NCBI GenBank assembly: GCA_044226015.1
Contig: JBGAHS010000009.1
Span: 128,001-192,000 of the forward strand
From: Candidatus Obscuribacteraceae bacterium
Lineage (GTDB): Bacteria > Cyanobacteriota > Vampirovibrionia > Obscuribacterales > Obscuribacteraceae
Length of the DNA: 64,000 bases
Direction: 5' to 3'
Position numbers and translations under genes: made by a program. This document shows positions 12,901 to 20,886 of the stretch, piece after piece (the first letter of the stretch is position 1; each line of letters begins with the position of its first letter). The notes beneath the pieces are model-generated. The model was not told the origin of the DNA, made no database searches, and saw only the letters and a program-made list of their open reading frames with translations.

Positions 12901-15900
12901 GCAGTCGCTGGCAATATTGGTTTGAGTGAAACGTCCCCGACAATAGTTAGCAGCGGCTCTAGTTCGAAGACCCAGTTGCAACTGACAGTAAACGCGACGG
13001 CAAATACAAATGGCAATGGAAACATCTGGATCAGCGACGCTGATCAAGACGTAGTATGGGGCGTGCCAGTGCCTGCACTCGCGTTGAAATCGGCTGCAGC
13101 AGGCAGCGGAACACCAATTGATGCTACTACAGGCAACATTCAGATCACAACCATAGCTGGTGGCATCTCAGTTGCTGGTGCAACAAAGGCTAGCAATGTC
13201 ATAAGTTTTAATTCTAACAGCAGCATTCTGCAGACAGGAGTAGGAAGCCTGGCAGCACCAAGCATCAATCTGAAGTCAAATATAGGAAATATCGGTTCCA
13301 GCAGCACACCATTATCGGTGAGCAGTGGTAATAGTGGCAGCAAGCAACTAAACCTGAGTGCCATTGCCGCAGCCAATACGATTGGAAATGGAAACGTCTG
13401 GTTAACTGATTCCGATTTAGATGTTGGACCTCTGTCACCAGCTGTGCTCTTGTATGGAGTTGCTGGAAACGGTTCGTCACCTGCTGTCGATAGCGGTACA
13501 TTCTCTATGACTAACACAGGTGGGTCGATTGGCATTCATCCGACGACATTGACTGCAAGCAAGCAGATTGTCCTGACTGCGCAGGAAAACGTGGTGCAAT
13601 TGCATGGTGAAGTTATTAGTGCACCAGTCATCAGTCTAACTGCCACTAAGGGAAACATCGGGCTAGATACCATTCCATTTATTGTGAGCAGTGGTGCTAG
13701 CGGAAGTACCCAATTGCAATTGACAATGAGTGCCCCAAACAATGCCAGTGGTCGGGGAAATATCTTTGTCACTGACGCTGACAGTGATTTGCTTTCCGGA
13801 GCAGCTGCTGTGATGCTGGGTTCTGTGACAGCTGGTTCTGGTTCACCTGTTGACGGAACAACTGGTCGTGTTGTATTTTCGACCAGCGCAGGAAGTATTG
13901 CATTCAACGGCACAAGCATTGCAACATCAAGCATTACTTTCAATGCAAACGCCAATATAGTACAAGCATCGGGCGGAAGTCTGAGCAGCCCGGCTATGGC
14001 ATTCACTGCCACCACGGGGAATATCGGGTCAAGTCCGGTGCCTGTATCTACCAATGCGTCAGTCCTCTCTGCAAATGCTTTTGCTAACGTTTATCTCAAG
14101 GCATCAAGCGCTAGTTTGACGTTGAATGCATCATCGGGAAATACCTTCGTTCTCAGCACTACAGCTAATAATGGTGTGGCAACCATCAATGGCATCAATG
14201 CCAACAATGTTATTCTGCAAGCTCAGGGAGCAATAAACAGTGGCTTCGTTCTTGATGGCACTATTGGCGGACAACTCAGTACCAATGCCGTTTCGGTCGT
14301 TATCGCTGCTGCTGGAAGTGGTGATATTAGCAACCCAAACAGTAAAGGCAGCATTAATACTGGCTCTTTAGTGCTGAGTTCTGGCACTGGCACAATCGGC
14401 TTGAACTTGACGCCGATTATCACTACTGCGGCTGTAGTGACGGCTAACACTGGTGCCAGCGGGGCACAGCAGGGAGTTTTCATTACAGACAACAATCCGA
14501 ACAGTGTAAGCATTCAGACTTCTTCTTCAGGAAGCTGGTTCGATGTGATTGCTTACAATGACATAACAGTCGATGGCTCGATAAGTGCTGGCAGTGCTTC
14601 TGGAAATGGAAGTCTGGTGCTTCTGCCCAATGGCAATATCACGCTTAATGCCTCTCTGATATCCAACAATCCGAATACGACTGTTAATGGAATTGTTATT
14701 CAGACACCAACTTTTGGCACCATAACTCAGACTAAGGGAACTATAAACACTGCGGGTTCAGTTGTTGTAATCGACGGTGGTTTTGGTGATATAGGTAGTG
14801 CTGCTCACCCGATTAGCGTTAGCGCAGCAACTCCACAAGTTTTATTGAATTTTGCTACCGCTGGTAATGCGTATGTGAGTAGTCCAAACAGTATGCGGGT
14901 CTTTGACGCAATAGGAAACGATATTGAGATTACTGCAGTAAACAGTGTGACGATTGCTGGATTGACCACCGTCAACAATCTTACTGTACGCACCCTTAAT
15001 GGTGGCAATGTGGTCTTCGATGGTGGTTCGCTAGCGTTGTTCGCCGGAGGCAACGCCAGTAGTTGCACGGTGAATGTTAATGGTAAAGCTACTATTTCAA
15101 CAATCAACAATTTTACGTTGACGGCAAACTCATTGAATTTAGTTTCGCAAAATGGCTATATAGGTAGCAGTGCTCAGCCCATTGAAACGACCGCGGCAGC
15201 GATATCAGTGTCGAGTCTTGGGAAGGTGTATATCAACGATAGCAACACTAAGGTCAGTCTTGGCAGCATTTCAGCTTCTGATTTCAAACTGACTTCAAAT
15301 AACATCTCAGCATTGCAATCAATAAATGTTGGCGGAGTGCTTACGTTAATTGCTAATAGCGGTAACTTGACCTATTCAGGTAGTACAAGCAATGTGCTGG
15401 ATCTGAGAGCTCCTGCCGGGACGATCAATCTTCCCTCAGCACAATTGTCCGTCATCCCCAATTCAACAAGCGGGGCGGGTGGAACCATAAACGTTGTTGC
15501 TGCCAACCTCGTGTACCCCGGTTCAAGCTCTTTCTCGCCTCTCCAGGTAAGTGCTCAAGGTGTTGGCACCGGAGATGGTGGAAGTATCAGTATCCAATTT
15601 AACTCTCAGAAGGCACTTATGATCGGCAGCGGAGTCTCCGGTAAGAATCCACCACCAACGCAGGTGATGGCTCTGGATGCTCGCAGTGGTCTCGTGGCTG
15701 GTAATGGTGGCATAGTCAGTGTCACTACAGGCGGTGACCTGACCGTAGCACCCGATTATCTATCAACAGCGCCCAGCTCTGGAAACGGCGCCAACATCAC
15801 TTTGATTGCAGGGAAGAATCTCCTGGTCAATGGTCCCCTGAATGCTAATGCAGCAGTTAGCGGAAACGGTGGCAATATCACCTTAGCTTCCAACAGCTCG

Positions 15901-17952
15901 ACTGTGTTCAGTATTGGAGCTTCCGGTACAACGTTTAAGAACGCGATTCTCAAATCTACAACATCGGCTGCTACACCAGTTCTCTCAGTGAACGGTACCG
16001 CCGGCAAGCTCAACGGCGCGATAGCTATTACAAACGCAGGTGGCAGTTTGACGAATCTGGTTCCTCTAACCGCTGTGCAAACCCTGAGTTTGACTGCTGG
16101 GGCTGCGGGCTCTGTGCTTGTGAAAAATCCACTCGGAGGTTCGACTACATCGAGCATCACTCTGAGCGCGACTGGCAGCGGTAGTGTCAGTTCGAGCACG
16201 CCGAGTATTAAGACTGCCACGCTCAATCTCAACTCCGCTACGGGGTCAATAGGTAGCAGCACCGCACCATTGCAATTCGATGCTGTCGCCACCAACGCAA
16301 GTGCACCAGCTGCCAATGGCATCGTGAATCTGACTAATCAGGCTACTGGTAATATAAGCATGGGTGCTTCCGCTGCCGGTAAGAGCTTTAAGTTGACGGC
16401 TCCAAAGGCTGCTAACGTCAGCACTACTGGTGCGATTTCATCACCTTCGGTACTTCTATCTGCACCTGCTGGTGCCATTGGTCAATCGTCCTCGCACTTC
16501 CAAGTTAATTCACCTGCGGTGACAATCAGCGCTAAAGGACTGGTTTTTGCTGACAATCTCAGCACTGCGTCAAGCACTTTGAACAAATCGTCGGGGCAAT
16601 CTTTTACCTTTGTGGCGAGTGGTAATTTAACTGTAAATGGTATCAGCACCACCAACGGTGCTATTAGTGTTCAAACCTCATCGGGAGTTCTGCAGACTGC
16701 ACCGAGTGCTGTTATAACGACTAAGAACGGCACTATCAGTCTAGTGAACACAGACAACAGCACTACCGGTAGCGTAATTCTCGGCAAAGCCAGTAAGCTA
16801 ACAACGAATGGTCCAACTGGTGGGCTCTTCCCTGTCACTATAAAAGTGGGAACGGGTGGTACTCTCAGCACGACAAACCCGCTGCCGTCTTCTATCAAAG
16901 TTGTTAAAACAACTGGTGGACAGGCCTTCTTTAGTGTCGCTGGAACTCCCGGACTCAGCGCTGTTTTGCCGGTTAACACAATCAATCTGAAGGGCAGCGA
17001 TGTCATTCTGGACTCTGGTGCAAATGGTTCTATTCGCTTGAATGGTCAGGTTGTCCTCACTGCGGACCCTGTGCCCCCTGCGGTAGCCAGTCTTGGGTCG
17101 GTCACGATTACAAAGGCGCTGAACGCTAATTCCTCAAGCGCGCTCAAGGTCACGCCAGTGAGCTCAGCATCGACTGCAGCTCCGTCGGATGGACTCATGT
17201 CGATGGTGTTTTCATCTCAGCTCACAAACGGCTTCGGCAAGACGAGTTCGGCTCAAGCGGCTCTATCGTGGATGGGGGCACAAGCAGCAATACAGAACGG
17301 AAGTCGTGATCTCGCAGTTCTGTCAAATTCGAAACAGCTTCATTTCTCCACGGACAGTGCTACATCGTTTGAAGTTTCTGAAGAGTCACCAAATGTAAAA
17401 CATCCTTTGCTCTTCTCCGATGAAACGAACGGAAATGTCTTGAAAGGCTATCTCTCCACACAGCCAGAAGGATTAAGCACGGAACCTTCGCTCAGAAGTG
17501 GTGCAGGATTCTTTGTGCCTTCCAAAAATCTTGTTGTTAAGACAGCCTTTGGAAAAATCAAAATTGATGCAGGTTCGGCTGTTCTGCTTATGGCGTTTGC
17601 TGATGGAATTGCCGTCTACGACCTTCATGACTCCCATCGAAATGGTGTCAGCATCAGTGCTGCTGGTCACGAAATTTCTCTTTCTCCAGGATATAGAGAT
17701 GTAAGAGAATTGGAATTTGGCAATGGTCTCAAGGCGATTAGTTCTGAGTTCTCAATTGAAAGAGCCGTGGCACTTCTTTTCATGGTCAACAAACTCGAAA
17801 AAGATGAGAACCAGCTTCAAAATGCAAAGACTCGCAAAATCCTGGCTAACATCCTGAAAAATGCTGCCATTATGCATCAGCTACACTCAAACAAGGGACG
17901 CTTCGAGCAATTTAAACGTCAGTCAACCACGGCTTTTGCGCCACAGCGTTGA
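3958..17952 (+). CDS. Giant (~4,660 aa) filamentous-haemagglutinin-like beta-helical surface protein
   Basis: Uninterrupted 14-kb ORF; AGGAG RBS before ATG 3958; signal peptide ending SAFA; G/S/T/N/A-rich repeats (GGxVxLxS, TGxIDT, GNIG); globular C-terminal domain. Confidence 0.85.
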   Translation: MNRKSSKRRCALVSSALALTPIISPWSAFAQTVPVGGRPGMRPAMVATGSSSLHPALDLGSTNASLSSPNNSAVSINIGGSLSNGTVIGGTQLSISPGQSVTPAQYAAVYQLIHGGNQALVVNSMGAAQSGSLNLSSKYLDSLANLVIPGGVSVTASGYNSKTPLNVSGALDISGSMHAIQGAANITSVLNLGSLTINQGGLLSGYLPSGSTQGYASGGMNLNVSGSVLNRGTITSPGALNILAGGNVINQSVNSVQSVMSAQNLNIVSNNGSIINSGLIQAVNTFNLAASSNTLPQSSGLSASLRAAADINNSGTISSGGSLSLHAGGAVINALMHDDTVAVSSLLAADNIGIVSGSGNVTNAGLISSANGDVNISSASKTQDINLNGFAGSIQAYNGSINLRDASYAGSANINVVGGDYLSRDVNLYSGSGTVTVNVGQLTGNLNTIAGTEHVFADTDLLKLGNHCVSGDPTYYNTGSIQIVDTVSAAEDLAIIAGANITADANGQIVTNGNNLILISGANILSACSGCTTPGPGKLGPSAGSSTPSSGLGIGAVDVSLSGGNGGNIDLSSSTAATVIDTSSSSGAGGNVTMVALADGSGAQGKVLLNSGSNLGTINTSGALEGGGGNVTIFAGADPAVASNSITTNKIVTISTGALSSGNVTLATTQAVTSDGQKLVFDASGHIASGNSIQAGSTLAKSGITTGDIDTHVNGGAAAAGNVNIKAYGDIFTSAGTIATINDGVGPSGEVNISSSKGAISTGEIDTFVYGGWLPAANVTISAYGDISTNGKFIYAFQGGSGVGGTIRLTSINGSVSTGMLLTGVGDSTAAGNVIISALGNINTDKIYAFNAGTGGGGSVSLSSSNGAVTTGEIFTNVNLGVYAAGAVTISAQDTITVSGTINASNGGTGSGGTVSLLSSGAIIVGDINTSSTGLRGGSVRLASAGNDSLFSISAGKINTSATTAAGSVEIVSIDPAFNLTLVGDITTQATGSDGVGGSVGIASLGLVQLGNVDTNNTSKIANPGAQGGSVFISSGVSSIDAKHISVYNPSNGSASGQAILISPGLINTFSITTEPGELGFYPLYSPSTTSINSSMTIDTSVSGIAGVSSNYNPQGYTSISGVGTQLTINSGGNSSLLVPLLALGAVSIDSIKSNSGTNADGISLVALGDITLNGSNSLSSAGSVSGGNASLLSVTGQITANALVTSSSGVASSGALSLLAKGAISVGNLNTSNSSTGAGGAVSLVSGYGAVSSGKIDSFSTAGSNLAGDVSIAAYGSITTGGGSIATYNTGKGAGGAVMLTSATDSVSTGGISTYASGAASAGSINIAAYGDVDTQAKSLSAFNNGTGRGGAVLLASSTGSVSSGSIETYVDGGAQAAGDVTISAYLNIDTNKLSIDAHNNGTGTGSAVNILSSTGKVTTGSINVSVSQSSLAGGNVNIEAFDVIDTSAGTITANNGGARPLDAGVTLTSSSSSVTVGSIDISVTGGAAIAGDVIISAEGSIKANSKIDASNLGTGDAGKINIESINGLVSLDQIDSSVNSASASGGVVSVSAHGSITAAGTINTSNAGSGLAGGGSAGELILISGTDDVTTAGINSSVGGNSALSGSVTILADKSITVGGAINSSNSGSGAGGTVALTAGKGSVQLNDVVVSSAGFMAGNILVTAPGAVSSGKLDTSNTGTGLAGSVAIVSADKISTGKITSTGTPSGSVFLSSAFSGSGAIVTGAISAETLLATAATSGSVTVQPFSSGQSLSVDGGDIHASGKYSDPIVIFPLNFDIQIKATLTPASIPGGGFASFSNTGTLTLANDSGSSGSVISFANLLPVFVQGSVSSFGKINDSIGNANFFVVSPTVSVTSATSYSSSRGSLSILANQMNLADVHTSGVNLQLTAVQDMNTGSVNTINSLGTLSGNVSLLSVTGSVNTNAIQMFVSSGAASAGNLVVSAYGNFNTNKQIINVSNAGTGAGGAVNIVTTGTGSVETGLINTSVTNSASRAPAGNLTVLAAAAIDTNLQKIDTSNSGSGAGGTVNLTSNTFSVNTGEINTHVDSGSLSAGNVILTAYEFINTGDINAYHGAAGSGGSVTLMRAAAMTTGNVNTSSVGYVGGAITAGSAGDNGIYSLAMGNLNTSGSLAGGAVLVVSDDFGEKPLLVGTITTSASSASGIGGAVGIAALGALAVGNINTTNTALSASGAAQSGSVFLSSGLANTNSISAGSINAYNANGSSSGQVILVASGTITTFGSITTSAGVILPQVFTSNALSGTQASVTPNYSSDKISISSSTTVDVSVTGISNASSNFNPQGYAALSGADTELTVNTGGNSSLLAPLIFTAYVPMSIKSIKAANSSAADAISLLVFGNLTLSDGIQAAGTVSGGNVSVVSSAGQISANKIDTHSDGSGAAGSVNIAALLGVPVSGAISSYNKGTGAGGAVSLISTNNSVSTGNIETYALNSSAGAGNIVLSSYGALSTGDLNTSNGGTGSGGSVFLTSSNSSVSTGAIDTRVSGASASAGYLLISAHGDIDTGKVQTYNSVGTGVGGSVGLFSTAQNSFVTTGDIATFLSLGSAAVGNVTVSSLGAIVVAGNISGGIVNLNAGEKISVNAGATVTNTTGDLLIETTELDNDGAIDSSGKIWVFTQPGADLTISGTGTMSASATAFGLSPVGGGTVTNRNLFVTGNQSITGELGIFSSASGTSGVISLSTGSSLSSSTGINIDTPTLLNSGTLTASGTITVPGVTPNPGPVGIFAQNQRASAGITIDGTGGVWNALAGGTYIQALYPNGIVLTGDQTFNGPLTLNDLSNDGFVVGAGSTISLSSPTTINAPRAVINGTVNFNAGGTINSVGDITGSGLITAAAGILTLHTSGGNIGSSVTPLAVSSGASGVKNLYLDVIATAGTPNNGNVWLIDNDSDPAPVGNPAVFLNAVSGSNEGLSSSGNFSFTATAGSIGIHPTQVIASSSVTLVAQRSIIQKHGESITAPVINMTAVAGNIGLSETSPTIVSSGSSSKTQLQLTVNATANTNGNGNIWISDADQDVVWGVPVPALALKSAAAGSGTPIDATTGNIQITTIAGGISVAGATKASNVISFNSNSSILQTGVGSLAAPSINLKSNIGNIGSSSTPLSVSSGNSGSKQLNLSAIAAANTIGNGNVWLTDSDLDVGPLSPAVLLYGVAGNGSSPAVDSGTFSMTNTGGSIGIHPTTLTASKQIVLTAQENVVQLHGEVISAPVISLTATKGNIGLDTIPFIVSSGASGSTQLQLTMSAPNNASGRGNIFVTDADSDLLSGAAAVMLGSVTAGSGSPVDGTTGRVVFSTSAGSIAFNGTSIATSSITFNANANIVQASGGSLSSPAMAFTATTGNIGSSPVPVSTNASVLSANAFANVYLKASSASLTLNASSGNTFVLSTTANNGVATINGINANNVILQAQGAINSGFVLDGTIGGQLSTNAVSVVIAAAGSGDISNPNSKGSINTGSLVLSSGTGTIGLNLTPIITTAAVVTANTGASGAQQGVFITDNNPNSVSIQTSSSGSWFDVIAYNDITVDGSISAGSASGNGSLVLLPNGNITLNASLISNNPNTTVNGIVIQTPTFGTITQTKGTINTAGSVVVIDGGFGDIGSAAHPISVSAATPQVLLNFATAGNAYVSSPNSMRVFDAIGNDIEITAVNSVTIAGLTTVNNLTVRTLNGGNVVFDGGSLALFAGGNASSCTVNVNGKATISTINNFTLTANSLNLVSQNGYIGSSAQPIETTAAAISVSSLGKVYINDSNTKVSLGSISASDFKLTSNNISALQSINVGGVLTLIANSGNLTYSGSTSNVLDLRAPAGTINLPSAQLSVIPNSTSGAGGTINVVAANLVYPGSSSFSPLQVSAQGVGTGDGGSISIQFNSQKALMIGSGVSGKNPPPTQVMALDARSGLVAGNGGIVSVTTGGDLTVAPDYLSTAPSSGNGANITLIAGKNLLVNGPLNANAAVSGNGGNITLASNSSTVFSIGASGTTFKNAILKSTTSAATPVLSVNGTAGKLNGAIAITNAGGSLTNLVPLTAVQTLSLTAGAAGSVLVKNPLGGSTTSSITLSATGSGSVSSSTPSIKTATLNLNSATGSIGSSTAPLQFDAVATNASAPAANGIVNLTNQATGNISMGASAAGKSFKLTAPKAANVSTTGAISSPSVLLSAPAGAIGQSSSHFQVNSPAVTISAKGLVFADNLSTASSTLNKSSGQSFTFVASGNLTVNGISTTNGAISVQTSSGVLQTAPSAVITTKNGTISLVNTDNSTTGSVILGKASKLTTNGPTGGLFPVTIKVGTGGTLSTTNPLPSSIKVVKTTGGQAFFSVAGTPGLSAVLPVNTINLKGSDVILDSGANGSIRLNGQVVLTADPVPPAVASLGSVTITKALNANSSSALKVTPVSSASTAAPSDGLMSMVFSSQLTNGFGKTSSAQAALSWMGAQAAIQNGSRDLAVLSNSKQLHFSTDSATSFEVSEESPNVKHPLLFSDETNGNVLKGYLSTQPEGLSTEPSLRSGAGFFVPSKNLVVKTAFGKIKIDAGSAVLLMAFADGIAVYDLHDSHRNGVSISAAGHEISLSPGYRDVRELEFGNGLKAISSEFSIERAVALLFMVNKLEKDENQLQNAKTRKILANILKNAAIMHQLHSNKGRFEQFKRQSTTAFAPQR

Positions 17953-18130
17953 TGTGGACGGATTTTCAAAAAGCTTCATCTATCTGCTTCGGTCACCGGA
18001 TTCTGATGATAATCAATGATTCTCAGACTTTCGCTTGCTTGCCAAGTTGGGGGAAGGGGCCGCACTTAAGGCTCGATCTATCTACAATAGATAGGGTTTT
18101 GAAATTACTCCAGTTTGCGGAAATCAAGAT

Positions 18131-19723
18131 ATGAATCTTTGGCTGTCGTTTAATAAAGCTATCTCCTTGTGGCCGGACCGCGAGGCCCTCGTTGACGGTG
18201 AGAAGCGTTTTACATACCGACAGTTTGGCGAACGAGTTGCAAGCCTTTCATCCAGCTTGCAGAAACTCGGTCTGAAGCGAGGTTCGACCATAGCAATATG
18301 CTGCCCGAACAAATTTGAGTACATGGAAATCTACTATGCCTGTGCTATCTCCGGCATTGTTCTTGTGCCACTAAACTATCGTTTGGGTGGTGAAGAGCTT
18401 GTAGATATCATTGCTGATTCTGACTCTGAGCTCATTTTCTTTCACACTGATTTCTGGCGAATTGCACTGGAAGTTTTGCCTGAGTGCAAAGGGCTGCGAC
18501 AAGTCGTTTGGATTGGAGAGAGGCACCCTAGCGTTCTTGCAAATGTTGACTATGAGCAATCGAATTATGAAACCATGCTTGCTGAGCCTGGTAGTCTTCG
18601 CGGTTTGCCGCATATGAAGGCTGAGGAATTGGCTCATCTCTATTACACCAGCGGAACAACTGGTCGTCCTAAAGGCGTGATGCTCTCGCATGGGAATGTT
18701 GGTATCAATGCACTATCGGCAGTGGCAGAACTTGGTTTTACCGACCAGGACACATGGCTGCATGCTGCGCCTCTGTTCCATCTGGCTGATGCGTGGTCAA
18801 CCTTCGCGGTTACATGGGTGGGAGGCAAACACGTTTTCCTTTCGCAATTTAAAGCCACAGAAACGCTTGAATTAATCAGCAAAGAAAAGGTAACCGCTAC
18901 TGTTCTTGTTCCGACAATGTTGAATGCGATGCTTAATGATGCCAGCCTTGGTAAGCATGATTACAACTCATTGCGAATGATAATTACGGGCGGCTCGCCG
19001 ATTGCTCCTGAAACTGTCAGGCGTGTCATGAAGAGCTTTGGCTGTGAATATGTTCAGCTATATGGAATGACAGAGACCAGTCCGTTTTTGACTATTAGCA
19101 GACCGAAGATAGAGCACATGCATCTGCCTGAGGATAAGCAAGTTGAAATAAGGTCACGCACCGGACGTCCTTATATTGGTGCTGAGGTACTCGTTGTAAG
19201 AGACGATGGTACTGAAGTTAAAAAGGATAATACTGAGGTTGGCGAAATTATTGCTCGTGGACCAACCATTACCAGAGGGTATTGGAAACAAGCAGAAGCC
19301 ACTGCTCAAGCCATAAAAGATGATTGGATTCATACAGGCGACCTTGCGGTGGTTGATGAGCACGGGTATATCAACATAGTTGATCGAAAGAAGGACATGA
19401 TCATCACTGGCGGTGAAAATGTGTTTTCTACCGAGGTTGAGTACGCTATTTATGAACATCCGGGAGTGGCAGAGTGTGCGGTTTTTGGCATTCCCGATGA
19501 ACGTTGGGGCGAAGCTGTTCATGCGGTGGTCGTGAAGAGAGAAGGGTTCGATCATATGACAGGAGAAGAGATCATTTCTTTTGTTCGTGATCGACTCGCT
19601 CGCTACAAAGCTCCATCAAGTGTTGAGTTTCTTCCAGAGTTGCCTAAGACGGGCTCCGGTAAAATCTATAAGAAGGAACTTCGTGATCGCTTCTGGTCTG
19701 GCAGAGTTAAGCAGGTTAACTGA
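18131..19723 (+). CDS. Long-chain fatty acid--CoA ligase (AMP-binding family)
   Basis: YYTSGTTGRPKG, YGMTET, WIHTGD, IVDRKKDMIITGGENV, LPKTGSGK. Confidence 0.93.
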   Translation: MNLWLSFNKAISLWPDREALVDGEKRFTYRQFGERVASLSSSLQKLGLKRGSTIAICCPNKFEYMEIYYACAISGIVLVPLNYRLGGEELVDIIADSDSELIFFHTDFWRIALEVLPECKGLRQVVWIGERHPSVLANVDYEQSNYETMLAEPGSLRGLPHMKAEELAHLYYTSGTTGRPKGVMLSHGNVGINALSAVAELGFTDQDTWLHAAPLFHLADAWSTFAVTWVGGKHVFLSQFKATETLELISKEKVTATVLVPTMLNAMLNDASLGKHDYNSLRMIITGGSPIAPETVRRVMKSFGCEYVQLYGMTETSPFLTISRPKIEHMHLPEDKQVEIRSRTGRPYIGAEVLVVRDDGTEVKKDNTEVGEIIARGPTITRGYWKQAEATAQAIKDDWIHTGDLAVVDEHGYINIVDRKKDMIITGGENVFSTEVEYAIYEHPGVAECAVFGIPDERWGEAVHAVVVKREGFDHMTGEEIISFVRDRLARYKAPSSVEFLPELPKTGSGKIYKKELRDRFWSGRVKQVN

Positions 19724-20886
19724 TGAAACGCTCTTTTCTAATTTCCGTTGCTGCGGGATTATTCATAGTATTAGTCTGTGTTGCTGCATCAGTTTTTGCC
19801 GTTGATCGATATAAGCGGCTAGCCGACAAAATAGAGAAAGCCAAACGTGGTATTGCCATTCGCATTTCACAAGGGAGGGATATCACACGTCCTTACGATT
19901 TGTTGAAACAGGCTAAGGTAGCTCTCGACGCAAAGCGAGTCGACGAAGGTGAAGCCCTGCTCGATGAGTCTTTGAAATTAATTGAAGCCATTTCTACCAA
20001 GCAAGATATTACGGAAGTCTTTCCAGAAGATTGGCAGAAAGAAGAGACTTGCAATTTATATGTTAACCCGCAGCAGGTCGAGATAGAAGGCTATGACGAT
20101 AATTGCATGGAACCTTTTATTTCTCGTGATGGTAAATATCTCTTTTTCAACAACAGCAACGATGAGATTGCTGATACTCACCTTCATGTGGCGCAGCGAG
20201 TGGTGGCACTTAAGTTCAAGTACCTAGGTCCCTTGAAGGGTGCGGCGTCGTCTGGCAAAGACATGGCACCATCTGGTGATAGTGCTGGCAATCTCTTTTT
20301 CACAAGCACTCGCAGTTTTGCTGAGAATGGTTTGACAATTTATGGTGGACGCTGGTCACCAGGCGAGCTGAGCCTGACCGGTGTTGCGGCTGTTCTAGGT
20401 GACATGAGTTCACCGCCTTCCTGGTTGAAGATGGACTGTGAGCTCAGCCCGAAAGGTAATCTACTTGTATTGGCTCAAGCGGAATTTACTAAGGGTGCAA
20501 CAGTGCCGACAAAATCTGATCTTGAACTTCGGCGGAAGGAAGGCACAGCGTTCAGAAAATTTGTGCCTGGCGACTATTTTTTGAGAAACGTCAATACACC
20601 AGCACTCGAGTACGCTCCAGCAATCAGCGCTGATGAGTCGGAGCTATTTTTCACGCGCTCTAGTTTGAGAAGGCAAAATGGTAAATTGCAGCCCTATTTT
20701 AGAATAATGGTGGCAACGCGAACGAAGAGCACTGAGCCTTTCGGAACTCCACGAGTACTCGCTGGACTAACTGGACTAATTGAAGGTCCAACTCTGTCTC
20801 TAGATAAGAGTGAGTTGTTTTTTCACAGGAAACTTGGAGACAAGTTCGTAATCTTCAGGGCTGAACGAAGTAAGGGTCAGCTATAG
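19723..20886 (+). CDS. Exported TolB/PD40-like beta-propeller protein
   Basis: N-terminal hydrophobic anchor; repeats EPFISRDGKYLFF, APAISADESELFFTR, PTLSLDKSELFFHR; start overlaps the ligase stop (TGATG). Confidence 0.7.
   Translation: MKRSFLISVAAGLFIVLVCVAASVFAVDRYKRLADKIEKAKRGIAIRISQGRDITRPYDLLKQAKVALDAKRVDEGEALLDESLKLIEAISTKQDITEVFPEDWQKEETCNLYVNPQQVEIEGYDDNCMEPFISRDGKYLFFNNSNDEIADTHLHVAQRVVALKFKYLGPLKGAASSGKDMAPSGDSAGNLFFTSTRSFAENGLTIYGGRWSPGELSLTGVAAVLGDMSSPPSWLKMDCELSPKGNLLVLAQAEFTKGATVPTKSDLELRRKEGTAFRKFVPGDYFLRNVNTPALEYAPAISADESELFFTRSSLRRQNGKLQPYFRIMVATRTKSTEPFGTPRVLAGLTGLIEGPTLSLDKSELFFHRKLGDKFVIFRAERSKGQL

Noticed and set aside
4234..17670. Many minus-strand ORFs of 60-190 aa inside the giant gene
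   Set aside because: Antisense shadows of a Gly/Ser/Thr-biased coding frame; no independent motifs.
17000..17952. CDI/polymorphic toxin tip with immunity gene
   Set aside because: No VENN, DUF637 or HINT-like motif and no small immunity ORF; the next gene is an acyl-CoA ligase.
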